Below are positions 12,100 to 25,394 of a stretch of DNA of 64,000 nucleotides, in pieces. The position numbers were made by a program, and so were the translations under genes. The notes below the pieces were generated by a model that was given only the letters and a program-made list of their open reading frames with translations, did no database searches and was not told where the DNA came from. The stretch's first letter is position 1; each line of letters starts with the position of its first letter. The stretch is from Tubulanus polymorphus (taxonomy: Eukaryota > Animalia > Nemertea), in the NCBI RefSeq assembly GCF_964204645.1, contig NC_134026.1:15410150-15474149 (forward strand). The letters are read 5' to 3'.

Positions 12100-13624
12100 T
12101 TATTCTCGATGTTAAATGAAGAAATCCCACGCTTCGAATTTGAAATTATACGATCAAATTTATTATAAAGAAACCACAACATTTCGGCTGTTGACTAACA
12201 GCCATCATCAGGTGGAATGACCAGAAAAACAAGTAACAAAGCATATAAACTCACAGGATCTAAAATAGAAGCAGTGTGTCAGAACTAAAGATAAACAGAC
12301 CAAGCAATAAAAAATCAAGGGGTACCGTGGAAACCACAGCAATTCTAAACAGTTCAGATTAAAAACAAATTATGTAACTATGTGAAGTGGACCGAAGAGG
12401 GTGGCGATAACAGAGTGACACATAGTGACATCAACCCAAATCTAATAAAGAGTTGATGTGTCTGGATGATAATTGGTTATGTGGAGAAAAACCAGTATAT
12501 AAATTAGTAGATAAATTGGATTTCGAAGGTTTACATATAAGGGCTGATTCCACTATGTGTCTCTTATGAATATCTTTACAAGGATAAATAAGTTTCGAAT
12601 TCTGAAAGTCAAATTGGTGATTGGTTGTAAAGACATGATTCGCTATTCCACTCTCAGGCTTTTTCGTTGCGGATATCTATTTTGTGTTCTTTAATACGCT
12701 GACTGAGATTACGTCCCGTTTCGCCAATGTACATCATATTACAGTCTTTACATGGTATTTTATAGACCCCGGAATCAATTAACTCACTGTTGCGTTTATT
12801 TTTGGTTAAAACATTAGTGAGTTTGTTATTATACTGAAAGACTAATCTAGTGTCGATGGTGCTTAATGTGGGTTTAAAGCGTTCCAAGTAGGTAAATACG
12901 GGATTATAATATTCTTTTGAGCTCTGCGTTTTGTAGTCAGGTCATTATGTCCAAAGTGAGAAATTCGGGCTTTGAAATAAGCTTTGTTCAAAATTTTGTC
13001 TGGATAGGCTAGTTTCTTGAGAGGAGTTCTTGTATGTTTGATTTCTTTATCTAAAAACATTTGATCACAAATACGTAGAGCTCGAAGAATTAATCCTTGG
13101 GCTATTCCAATTTTGATGTTCAAGGGAGTAAATGGGAAAAAATGAAGATAAGCTTCAGCGTTAGTCGGTTTTCTATATACAGAGAATTTCAAATTTGTTT
13201 TTAAATTATGAATGAGTACATCGAGAAACGGGATGCAATTATTTTCTTCCCACTCAAAAGTGAAATTCAAAGTAGGATATAAAAAGTTCAAATAATGTAA
13301 GAATCCATTCACATTAAAATCGGGGGAAACTAAACAAAGAATATCATCAACGTAACGTCGCCAAATTTTGGGTCTACGTTCAGTGTAAAGAGGAAGAGTT
13401 TCACTTTCGACATGTTCCAAAAATAAACCAGCAAGAACAGGAAAAAGTGGATTCCCCATGGCCATACCAAAAAACGACCTGACCACGAAACGCAGAGCTC
13501 AAAAGAATATTATAATCCCGTATTTACCTACTTTGGAACGCTTTAAATCCACAATAAGCACCATCGACACTAGATTAGTCTTTCAGTATAATAACAAACT
13601 CACTAATGTTTTAACCAAAAATAA
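12100..13624 (-). mobile_element. 5'-truncated Penelope-like retroelement: RT C-terminus, GIY-YIG, 3' pLTR, plus an inverted duplicated segment at the 5' junction
   Basis: ORF 12863..13486 has GMAMGNP, WRRYVDDI, IPFLDV, VYRKPTN; ORF 12654..12887 has GVYKIPC..C..YIGETGRNLSQRIKEH; 1-nt frameshift between them; 13473-13624 is an inverted copy of ~12797-12947. Confidence 0.93.
12174..12215 (-). ncRNA. Minimal type I hammerhead ribozyme in the PLE 3' pLTR
   Basis: Minus strand CCAC-CTGATGA-t-GGCTGTT-agtc-AACAGCC-GAAA-tgtt-GTGG: full core, 7-bp stem II, 4-bp stem I, vestigial stem III; AATAAA follows. Confidence 0.8.
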
Positions 13625-15460
13625 TCCTACTGACCGATGGTCCTTTGTTAGATTTTTGTTCTGTGTAATTTGAACATATACGTTACTGTTGTTTTTCCTC
13701 GAAATTCTCATCCCCTCCACCAATCGTATTCAATCCCACTCCATACCATGCTTAATTTTTGATCGAGCCTTATAGATTTCAAGCCTCAGGATCTTTGACC
13801 CCTCAAGTTTGGAATTGAATCATTCATTAGCCAGCCTTAGTCTTCTGTAACACTTATATACACCGGCTTGCGTTACACTGTTACTTGACTTAAACATTTA
13901 AATGTATATCCATATTCATATCAATGGTAATATTACGAACAATATTCGTAAATTTTAAACACTAAAAATCAAATCAATAGAGTTGTGTCATAAATGGTGA
14001 TGACATGTGATTGAAATTAAATCGTTGATGAAGCGATTACTATAGATTATTAAGAACTTTTGATATCTTTTTTTTAATAACCTTTAATTTCTCAAAGATA
14101 GAATATCGCACTGTGCACTGTACATAACTTTAGATTAGTAATTACTGAAGGAATGAATATTGGGCCTAAATTGGAAGTTTCATAATTCAGATAAAAATTC
14201 ATGTTTATAGCAAAAAGGACGCAGCACTCTCTGGAAATAGTTGTTGGTGCTAGCACAGGAATTTTGCAAGGTGCCAGCGCATTACAAGTTGAGGTATAAG
14301 CCACTGAAACTTTCAACTTCATGACAAACTTTTCAGAATAATTATTACAAAATTTTCATTTCACAATCTGGTGCCCAAGGTCTTCCATCAACAGCGTGCT
14401 GATCTTGACAAAACTTGGTATGTAGATATTATGGGCCAAGGGCTAAAAAGTTATGAGCCAAATTATTCTCTGAGGGGTGCATTGACGAAACTTGGTATGT
14501 AGATAAGTTCGATTCCCATTCTAAACCCTCACCCTCTAAATTTGGACCATCCAGCCCCTGATCATACTTGAATAGTGGAAAGCAGAATTTCCATTTTTAG
14601 CTCTAGGTGATAGAAGTTGATCACAATAATATCAAAAAAGATTTTTGAATAATATTTTATCAATTATTCATTCAGATGAGTTATTTTACAAGGTGAATTA
14701 ATATGCGGATGACAACATCACTTAGTGTGAACAGGCACTTTGCACAAAGGGTCGTAGCGGTCAAATTCCATGTTTTTTTTGGGAAAGTTAGTTGGAGTCT
14801 TTAAATTTGAATGGCATGCAATAATTCATTTACTGCAGACGTATTGCGAAGCTACAGTCGGTGTCTAGTCATGTCAATGTACGTGAGGCACTGGCAGAAC
14901 ACTAGTGTCTCACACTGCACATGCTGGAGTGACATCATATGGTCATATTGGCGTGCGCGTTATGAATACGCGCGTTTTTCATACATTGAAAGCAGTGAAA
15001 TAAGTTTTCTGAACAGAATAAATTTGATCATAGATTTTTATTTAAGTTATTATCGATTCAATTATTATTAAAAAGTCTTTGAAAGTGATACACATTGGTC
15101 ATGAAAAGTCTCGGGAAGGCCCTTGGGTCCGTCGATATTTGGTCCTCAATTATTAGACATAGGCCTGAGAATACTTTCTTTTTATTATTCGACTACTATT
15201 CATAGTAATAAATGGTTTTTGGCGATTAATAGGCATAAATGCGTCTAAATGCGTCTATCCTATTGTAATACAAGCTGAAAACACATTCCAATTCAACTTC
15301 TCTCAAATTCTGCCCCCTTCATCCAAAACTGTTCCAAAAAGGATTCATCCAGCTTAATTCCGGCCAAAAATCTGGAAGTTTCTATCTGTTCTATGTTATT
15401 TCTGGATATGAATGATAGAAAGATGGACATAGTTTGCTGAAGCCTGTTTATTCTTATTAG

Positions 15461-15560
15461 CCGTGGCAGCAAGGAAGAAATCACACAGAAGTATGATGAA
15501 AAGAAGAAGGGCTTTGTGAAAATAAAGAAGGAAGTGAAGCAGTTCAATAACTTTGTAAAG
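15461..15560 (+). CDS. SMC6: SMC6 exon (RGSKEEITQKYDEKKKGFVKIKKEVKQFNNFVK)
   Basis: Acceptor ttcttattag, donor gtaaac; 100 nt, completes the split codon AA|C of the previous exon; resembles HGDREEIMRQY. Confidence 0.9.
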
Positions 15561-18129
15561 GTAAACTTTTATCAGTTTGTTGCTACATCGCATTAAGGCC
15601 AATTCGTCAAACTTGTTTTAGCCTTACCACTATGTTTTTCATGTGTTTATATAGCTGTTGTGTAATCTGTGATATATTCAGTGATATAATTTTTCACTTC
15701 TTAGGTTGAAAACAGTTGTTTATATTATTTAATTAAAAAAATAATTTTTTTCTTGATATTTCCATTTTAATTTTCAATCTAATGATTCGCAGAGTTTTCA
15801 ATTCATTTGAATTCAAAGTTTTTCCACAGTCTGCTGTATTGATGGTTGAAAGATAATATATTGCCTTAAAAGTTTTCTTGGGGGCCTTTAAAGTACTTTG
15901 GTGGAAAGTGCCTTACATGACATTGAATTTTGGATGGCCATGAGGCTGTGGGTAGGCCTATTGAAAATGAAGTTTCTTGCTCTTCCAATATGGCCACCAC
16001 GATATATTAATCAGTGTGCAGTACTGTATATCCTTGCATAATTGTTGAATTTCTAGACCTTAAAATCAGGTAAATTTTCCAGGGTAGACTTTCACACAAA
16101 TTATCCTTTTGGAGTCTTAAAAATTTCATTGCTGTCGACCAATTCAATCCGAAAAATGTATTGCTAGAGGTAAAGACATAATGACATGGTCGGAAGGTAG
16201 GTCTATGTCAATAAAAAGAAGATCTGAAGAATACCAGGATTGACATTTGATAGCTTCTGCCATCAACTGGTATTATAATGAGATGCAGACTTTTACTCAG
16301 ATTATACTTTTCAAGTCATAAAAATTTCATTGCTGTCGACAAATTCAATTAAAAATGTATTGCTAGAGGTAAAGACTTAATTACAGGGTCTGAAGGTAGG
16401 TGTCTCTCTTTCCAGGCAGGCATCAGCGTGACCACATCGCATTCACGGCACAGGTGTCATATATAACAGCTATGGTGTTGTAACTCCATCTTTAATCCTA
16501 CTTGTGATAGACTTAAATTTTTGGATTCAAATTCAGTTGTTCGTGTTTGTAAATCAGGATATTTCTGCAGTTTTGCCAAATTTCCCTTGACAATGGCAAC
16601 CCTGATGGGTATAACAGATGCATGTGTAGAACTGTGGAAAGCCTGATTTACATATTACTCGAACATTCGAATTAGAATAATTTTTCGACTTTGAAATCAT
16701 ACTTAAAGTTACGCGTTTTCACGGCATATTTTCTTAAGTGAAAATGTGATTATGATAATTAAATACTTCTGATTCGCTGATCTACTTCACTGCTCACTGC
16801 TGATCATTAAAGTAAACCTCATACAACCCATGTAGAGTTGTAATTTTTCTCAAATGAAAATGATTGATCACTGGGTCCTGCAAGAATTTCCGGATGTGAT
16901 GGAGAGTTCACTGGAACTTCAGTGCGAACTGCAATTGCAGACCTGCCCTAGACACCTGACTGTCTTGTTCATAGATTTCACATTTAAAACATAAAACTAG
17001 CCTCATAGCCTGCAAACAAATTATAAGTGATAAGATATAAAAGATCTATAATTATAAAACAGTGACTCTTGGTAAAACATGTATTAATGTAACTTTGAAT
17101 ATACCAGGGTGATCAGGTGGCGTAACGCGACTTTCTAGTTGTTACTTATCCTTCTCGGGGTACTTTTAGCGATGGGACAATTAGATAAATGATGACAGGA
17201 CATTAGCAAAACAGAGTGAAGCTGAATCAGCTGACAGGCTGCTTGTAGTACAAATAGAAATTCTTCGATAAAGTTGACGGTACAACTTGATCAAAAGTTG
17301 TTCATCTTTTTCATGAATATGTTGTTATTCCTGACTCCTCGGAGGTTTTATTTGTTGATGAAAATTTCATGATATGAACACTTACCTTTCCTAAATTGTG
17401 TAGCCATCCAGACAATGTTTATTTTCAGTCAAGCAACACAATCGCTCGGGAAGTAATGTTATGTCCATTTTCAATTGCATTGGGAAAGAGTATAGTGACC
17501 TGTAATAAAGCCACTCTGAGTACCGCAGGTGCTCAGCTATAATTTGGGGCCCCCTCTGAAAAATTGTCCATGTGTCTAAAATTGAGATCATTTTGCGTCC
17601 TTAAGCCTCAGCCTGTATATATAGAATTTTGAGTAGTGAGTTGACATGTTGAACTACTTATTAAGAAAGTGCAAGTGGATTTGGTATTGTTTTAACTCGG
17701 GTGTTTAAACAACCACCTTTGAACAAAATGATGACTGCGTTGTGGGGGGCATACTATATTCACTTCATTGTCTGTCCGTCCGTCTGTCCTCAGTGGTTTC
17801 TGTGCCCTAGCACCTAAACCCTTTGACAGATTTTCTTCAAATTCAACAGTTGTGTTGTACTACTTTATGAGGTTAGTAACTGATTGGATTTTGGGGTGTC
17901 ACTGGAAGTTATTTTGTAAATTTCATTTCCAGGCTCTAACTCATAAATGCTATAAGATTAAGTTCCTGAAATTCTATGGATGGGTTATCCTATGGACCGT
18001 GGGTAACTGATTACATTTCGGGTCCTGTAGATCAAAGTTCGAGGTCACCAGAAGCCGTTCTGTATTTTTTATTAACTGCCTTCATAAATAGTCGTCTTCA
18101 GCGACATTCTAGTTTCTATATATTTTCAG

Positions 18130-18288
18130 AATTTAAAAGCTGTGATGAAACATCGCCAAAAACAATATGAGGAATTTCGTCGAATGATAGCAATGAGAGC
18201 TCGTTATTTCTTCATCATGATGTTAAGCAATAGAAACTATAATGGCCACATCAAATTTGATCATGACAAAGGACATTTGGCGTTATCA
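18130..18288 (+). CDS. SMC6: SMC6 exon (NLKAVMKHRQKQYEEFRR...GHIKFDHDKGHLALS)
   Basis: Acceptor tattttcag, donor gtaagt; 159 nt, phase 0/0; resembles SMC6 RFKTYQQFRR...GKMNFDHKNETLSIS. Confidence 0.93.
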
Positions 18289-21200
18289 GTAAGTCTTTCT
18301 TCAAGAAACCAATTTTAAGGATAATTAGAAGTATGCTCATCTTTCTACAATTTCATAATCATTCAGAAAATCCAACTCTATTCCGCATTCAAATCGATAA
18401 GACCAAGGGATAAGATTGATTTGAGGTATTTGTTCCTGCCAGCTCCAGTCGCGATCTGTGCTACTTATGAAAACACGATTGTACTGTGTACATTATAGGT
18501 ATCGACTCTGAGCGGGGAGAGTATTTTGACAAATATAATCCACAATCAATGCATCATTTGCCAGTTTATAAAAAGCTGTCAGGCTGGCTACAGAGCCCCT
18601 TGAGGCTCTTGTTATTTATTTGTTGTTGGGAATACATGCGTTGTTACGTATATTCATGCCTCATGCACATCACACAGACTCGCTGCTATATTGTGTATGA
18701 TCTATTCACTTAAACTGCAAATGATTCTAAAAGCTGCGAGCTCTTGTGGTAAACACTAACAAGCGCACATAAATTCTATATCTTTGAAATAATGAGTAGT
18801 CCTTGAAATCTTTGTGAATAGAAATGCTTAGACTCTCGCAGTTGAGCTGGTGTTTAGTCTTTACAGTATGGATGAAACATGCACCATCATGTTTACTTAG
18901 AAAGTCTGTATTAAAAATGTCGTTTCTTGTTTTAGATGCTAAGGACTAAATTTCTCTTTGTTCTTTGTTTTTTTAGGATCAACTGTGATCCTTATAGTAT
19001 GGTCCTAACAGTAACTTTCTGTTAACTCTTGGTGGCACAAATTGTAACCACTGCATATCAAAGCTGATATTTTGCCATTAGGTGGGAAATAGGTGTTGAA
19101 ATTGATATGGCAAGTTTCGTCCATCAGCTCTAAGCCGTTTGGAAGAACTGGGAGAAAATGTGCAAAATTTTAATACATTTTTCACCATTCTACTAATCGA
19201 TGCTGGACCTTGTTTCATGAAATCGCATGGAAAGCCCTTCAGAAGGACATCACTTGGAAATCTCTCTAGAAGGGCTTTCCCCGTGACGAAGTCTTCATAA
19301 TGGTCTGGAGACCTTTCCGGAATTAACTTGCTCACAAAATGCCATGCGCGTAAACTCGTCTTTTGTACCATACATTTTCGTTATGCAATTAGTGCCAATT
19401 AAAACGTTACCACACGAAGATAAAACGGTGAGATGAAACTGTGAAACGTTCCAGTTACGCAGTCAAAGTTTGGCGTTTTTTTTTCGCGAATATATGTTCC
19501 ATCCGGAAAATGAATACCTCATTCTGCGGAGTTCACGTGGGCTCATTCAGCTAATCACTGCTCTACAACGGAGAAGGCCACGGCCTGTGTGATTGCGCTT
19601 GTGACGTCATGGTGAGAAAGCTGCGCTCTGATTGGTTGTTGAGGGAATACCCTCAGCAGCTGGAGTATTCCCCAAACAACCAGTTTAGCTGAACAAGAAA
19701 TTGCACACAAGGAATACACGCCATTTTGCCGTCTTGGGTAAGTAAAGTTCATTTTATTTGCTGAATATGGTAGAATTCTCTAATGTAGTGTATGAATCCA
19801 GTTAAGTATGGGTCCAATGTTGATGGAATTCTGACTTTGATTTATTCCGTCAATGTCTTAAGCACGCAAAATTCTTACGACGAAAAGTAAATTCACAACC
19901 TGACAACTGTGGTGTTAGCAAGTGTTTTCTGTCGATTTCTTACGACAAAAAGTCATTAACCTAGGCTTATGATTAACGGAGCTACATTGCATCAATATCA
20001 AAGTATGCAGCGTAATTTTGAGTTGCTTATGATTTATTTTCAACCGCATTTGTGTGCCCTTCTAATTATTATTAATTATCAAATTCAAATTTCAACTTAA
20101 TTTATTTCGCCTGGGAGACGATCTGCTCTCAGCCGCGTATGGGCCTATGTAACCATAAAATGAGTAAAATATTTCCATTTATTTTCAGATTCATTGTTCT
20201 CAATCTCTGCTTCAGGATTCCTGCTTAGGTGAGTTTTTGTCAGTTTTTCTGTCATTTCAATATGGGACGGGGGCAAGTTATTATGACAGTTGTCGTAGAC
20301 CTGCATGGGGTTGGGGGGTGAATGAAAATGGCTTGGCCAGGTGGGAGCGTCTGCCCAAATTTTTCTTAGGCCTTGACTTAAGATTTTTTTCGCAACCAAC
20401 GCCAAGGGTAATTAGATCATAGGGTTTTTCATGGCCGGCCAGATAGATATCATAACTTGACAGCCCTGACAGTGTATTGTATACTTTTTAGTTGTATTTT
20501 GATTAGGCAGAAACTAAATTGGTACATTTTTATCGCTTCAGATTTTGTCAAATTGATGTTGAATGATACACCATCCCGTCTGCACTACACAGTGGTTTCT
20601 TTTCGTCTATACTACAGCAAACACCGCTTTCCTCGGAATAGCTTAAAAAATCGATACTCCACTGGAGTAAAGGCATTTCCTATCTAAAACAACCTAGTGG
20701 TACCAGCACGTGCAGTAGTGATAGATCGGACATTGAATTTCCCTCAGACCGCACATTTGAAAAAAAGTTGAAGTTAATACAATTCAAGTCTCAATGGTCT
20801 CACTTTATATAATATACTTTTTGTTGGATTCAAGTCTCAATGGACTCAATGTTCGTCAACAACTTGTTGGCAATCAATCTGTTGTGCATTTTCAAAAATA
20901 TCGAGAGTTGATTTTGATCTTATCACATTTTGATTTCACATGTTTTCATTCAGCCACCTATCTTCAGTTCAAATCCAGAAAATAAAGGGCATGGTTCAAT
21001 GTTTATTTTGGTGCGACCATATAATTTGTTGTACAAGTTAGCTAAAACGTCCAAGCTTATTCATACTTAGCTAGTGACAACGACTAACCTTTACCCTAAT
21101 AGCAAAGACAGTATTGTTGATTTTTGGTTTACCTTTGTCAGCAGTATGAGGTTGGCATTGACCCAATTCATGTAAAATCGCGGTATGTTTTTTTATGTGA

Positions 21201-22215
21201 GCATTTTTTTCATTGGTTCTCGGGTTAAATGACGTATAATCGATGCGATTGAAGACATGACAAACCTCCGTCGATGACATGGTCAACTTTGTTTAGATTC
21301 GACGAAAAGCTGTTTTTGGCGGAAAAATTCATAGCTCTTGCGTATAAAATTGAAATGACTTCGATTGGGGGCCGTTGTCTCTACAAGCGAATGTGATTGG
21401 CTGGATATACGGGGAGTACAGGTGAGAATATAATTATCTCACATATGGCCATAAGTATTGTTTCATTTTAATACCCGGTGATTGTGTTAATTGAGATTGA
21501 AGTGAAGCGAACGTTCACTACACAAGGCCTCCACGTGCGTGGGAGTGCTTAGACTGTTGCACACACAAACACACGCTCATACAGACTACTGTATGGTGAT
21601 GCTGTAACGCTGCTTGGCACGTGCACGTTTGGTATGATAACAGGCTGAATAATCGTCGTAGCAGAAGATGAGTGCTGTGTTTTCTGTTTGATTGAATTTG
21701 TAATGAATTGTAATTTCTTGTGACCCGAAAATGCTAAGCTGCAAACTATAGGGATAGGTCGAGGTCTGAATATTGTAGTGATAAATTCCAGGATTTAAAA
21801 CGATCTAATGCTACGCCCCGGTGTTTTAGCTTCCGCGGCCATACATTGGAAGAGGTTTCGTTTCCAAGACTCAATATTCAGCCACCCTCTGATATGTGAC
21901 ATATTAATTTTATTTGAATATTTTTTCATATTGTGAAAAATATTTTTTTGAAAATATAAAATAGTTTCCCTGCCGCTCCTACTTGTACCCTACGAAATTT
22001 TGGACGTAGACCATAAACAAATGTTTATCTTCGGTCTTATTTGACTACAAAATAATTCTTTAAGAAAGATAGAATACAATATAAACTTCTAGAACTTTGA
22101 AGTCACGAAAAAGATTTTTCAAGCAATGCCCTTACTCCAAACAACCTCAATCTTTCAAGGTAAACCACACTTTGCCCATGGGCAATTTATTTTATACTTT
22201 TAAACAGGTCCTTAA

Positions 22216-22690
22216 CCCTTACAATACCACTTCTGTATGGCATACGGTACAAATTGACAAGCTAGCGTACCCGTACCGTATGTGATACGGTATCACTTAA
22301 CCCTTCTTCTAGGAGGGCATATCTATCAGTATCAGCCGGTGCTGCTATCTACATAAAATCCAAGATGGCAACAGCCAGGAAAAAACAATTTGGCTGGATG
22401 AAACGGTTCAGCAGCTTGTATATGATGCTGACAGTGATGCTGGTGACTTTGAATTTGGTAGCGAACAAATTGAAAGTGACAACGAATATGACAGCAGCAG
22501 TTCAGATGATGAGATTTAGTCAGAAAATAGCTTTATAGTGCCGGCTATGATTTTGACGATGAAAATGAAATCAGTGACAATTTTTTTAGACCCTGTTGAT
22601 ACGGTTTTCATGGCAACAGACACCAATAACAATAATGAAGAACCAGAAACTGTCCATCCTCAAGATCACATATATCCAAATAATTTGTCT
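22216..22690 (+). mobile_element. piggyBac-like 5' end remnant
   Basis: TTAA|CCCTT start, subterminal palindrome ccgtatgtgatacgg, then a broken acidic reading frame (LDETVQQLVYDADSDAGDFEFGSEQIESDNEYDSSSSDDEI) like piggyBac transposase N-termini; absent from family B copy 2. Confidence 0.55.
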
Positions 22691-23144
22691 TATTTGTAAG
22701 CCCAATGGTTATCAACACCATGGTATACAATGTATCAGTGTATGTCGATTTTGATCTAATCACATGTGTTTCATTCAGCAACCTATCTTCACTTCAAATC
22801 CAGAAAATAATGAGCATGGTCAATGTTTATTTTGGTGTGACCATTGTTTGTCATAATTTGTTGTACAAGTTAGTTAAAATGTCCATGCTTATTCATACTT
22901 TGCTAGTGATAATGACTAACCTTTAAGTCCTAATAGCAAAGACAGACTTGTTGATTTTTTTTTTCTTTTAAACAGGTCCTTAAGTAAAATTGCTGAAATA
23001 TTTTATATTGTTAACTGTGTTTGTAATGAAAATAATGTGTTATAATCAGGACTTTATGTAATGTTTATTTTTCATTGAGAGATTTTATATTGCAATATTT
23101 TTGAAAATGTTTTCAATAAAGTTTGAATAAGTTGGACGACCATT

Positions 23145-25394
23145 TTTTGTTAACCCACTTGGGACTTAAGTCCCAGCGGGCTATTGCGTTCACTTTTCGT
23201 CCGTCGTAGTGTACGTCAGTCCGTCCGTAGACGGAATCCAGTTATTGGAAGTTTTGAAGACGCTTCAATGTAACATCTTGATATTTGGTTTATACATGTA
23301 TCTTCAGCCCAAAAACTGGCCCTGTCAGAATCAACATGGCCGACTGGCAGCCATTGTTGTTCGTCAAAATCAGCACTTTTTAGCCCACTTGGGACTTTAG
23401 TCCCAGCGGGCTACACATGTATCTACCCTAGACACATCTTCAGCCCAAAAACTGGCCCTATCAGAATCAAGATGGCCGACTGGTAGCCATTGTTGTTCGC
23501 CAAAATCAGCACTTTTTACACATTTTTGAACTTATTGAGGGAAATTTTGAAGACCCTTTGATCAATTACCTTGATCTTTCGGATATATGTGAATCCCCCA
23601 GGGCCCATCAGCATAAAACTGGGTCGATCGGACTTAAGATGGCCGTCCTATGACCTTTTTAGTGCCCAAAAAATGTTAATTTTGGCCCGAATTCTGAGTC
23701 CTGTAGCTTCCTACTGGTTTACCATTTCTCATTGCAATTTGTGATAGGTATTCTTTGGAAAGGGATGTTTTATACCTGAGACAGGTATTTTTCATCAGCC
23801 AATCATGACGCAATTGGCGGCCATCTTGGTGTCACCAGTACTCATTCGTAAGTGGGAAAAAGTTTTTCCACATTATATTGATACCTAAGCGTATTTTGTT
23901 ACCACAATCAATTAGAAAGTTGTAGCTCATAACGTGTTCTATGATTGTAGTGAGTTTCAAGGTCATTGGATTTTGTATATGGCCACCAGGGGGCGTTGAA
24001 TAATGCAATATCTTAGCATTTCTATATTATATTCGTGCCTATGCATATTTTGTAACCACAATCAATTGGAAAGTTGTAGCTCATGACATCATCTACTATT
24101 GTTGCGAGTTTTAAGGACATTGGTTATTCTATATGGTCACCAGGGGGCGTTGAATAGTAGAATAACTTAATATTTCCTTATTATATTGGTACCTAGGCAT
24201 ATTTTGTTACCATGATCAATTACAAAGTTGTAGTTCATGACATGTTCTATGAATGTGGTAAGTTTCGAGGTCATTGGGGTTTGAATATGGTCACCAGGGG
24301 GCGTTAAATAGTAGAATAACTTAGTTTTTCCCTATTAAATTGGTAACGAGGCATATTTTGTTATCACAATCAATTACAAAATCGTAGCTGCTGACATGTT
24401 CTATGATTGTGGTGAGTTTCAAGGTTTCGCATTGGTTTTTGTATATGGTCACCAGGGGGCGTTGAATATTGAAATTGTTAGATTGTTGAGCATTTGGAAC
24501 CACTTCCCAAGTGGGCATGGTGTCCCTGAACTCCTAGTTACACTTTTTGAGGGAAATTTTGAAGACGCTTTAATCAATTACCTTGATCTTTCGTATGTAT
24601 TTGAAACCCAATGGCCCATCACCTTAAGAAAAATTGGGTCGATCGGACTCGAGATGGCCGTCCTATGACCTTTTAGTGGCGAAAAAATGTCAATTTTGGC
24701 CCAAAATCTGAGTCCCGTAGCTTCCTACTGGTTCACCATTTCTCATTGCAATTTGCGAAGGGTTTTCTTTGGAAAGGGATGTTTTATACCTGAGCCAGGT
24801 ATTTTTGATCGGCCAATTATGACACAATTGGCGGCCATCTTAGTATCATCAGTACTCATTTGTGGGTGGGAAAAAGTTTTTCCATATTATATTGATACCT
24901 AAGCGCGTTTTGTTACCACAATCAATTGCAAAGCTGTAGCACATGACATTGTCTATGATTGTGGTGAGTTTTAAGGACATTAGGTATTTCATATGGTCAC
25001 CAGGGGGCGTTGAATAGTAGAATAACTTAGTATTTCCTTATTAGAGTGGTACTTAGGCATATTTTGTTACCATGATCAATTGCAAAGTTGTAGTTTATGA
25101 CATGCTCTATTATTGTGGTGAGTTTCAAGGTCATTGGGTTTTGCATATGGTCACCAGGGGGCATTGAATAGTAGAATTACTTGGTATTACCATATTAAAT
25201 TGGTAATGAGGCATATTTTGTTATCACAATCAATTACAAAATCGTTGCTGCTGACATGTTCTATGATTGTGGTGAGTTTCAAGGTCATTGGATTTTGTAT
25301 ATGGTCACCAGGGGGCATTGAATATTGAAATTGTTAGATTGTTGAGCATTGGAAACCACTTCCTAAGTGGGCATGGTGTCCCTGGACCCCTAGT
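23145..25394 (+). mobile_element. Helentron/DINE-like family A, compound copy (two 5' ends at ~23150 and ~23380, two 3' ends at ~24539 and ~25394)
   Basis: 5' hairpin cccacttgggacttaagtcccagcgggct, gtcc repeats, 154-bp arrays, 3' subTIR tcccaagtgggc plus gtccctggac hairpin; empty site visible at ~63505 in family B copy 2. Confidence 0.88.

Noticed and set aside
16119-16401. Short direct repeat of ~80 bp with ~200-bp spacing; similarly 10170-10400 versus 11722-11930
   Set aside because: Real but short, diverged repeat remnants with no termini or coding signal to support a specific call.
23890-24460. Regularly spaced conserved motif ccagggggcgttgaa resembling a CRISPR array or CTCF-site cluster
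   Set aside because: The intervening sequences are homologous to each other (154-bp tandem units), the context is eukaryotic and there are no cas genes; CTCF binding cannot be judged from sequence.
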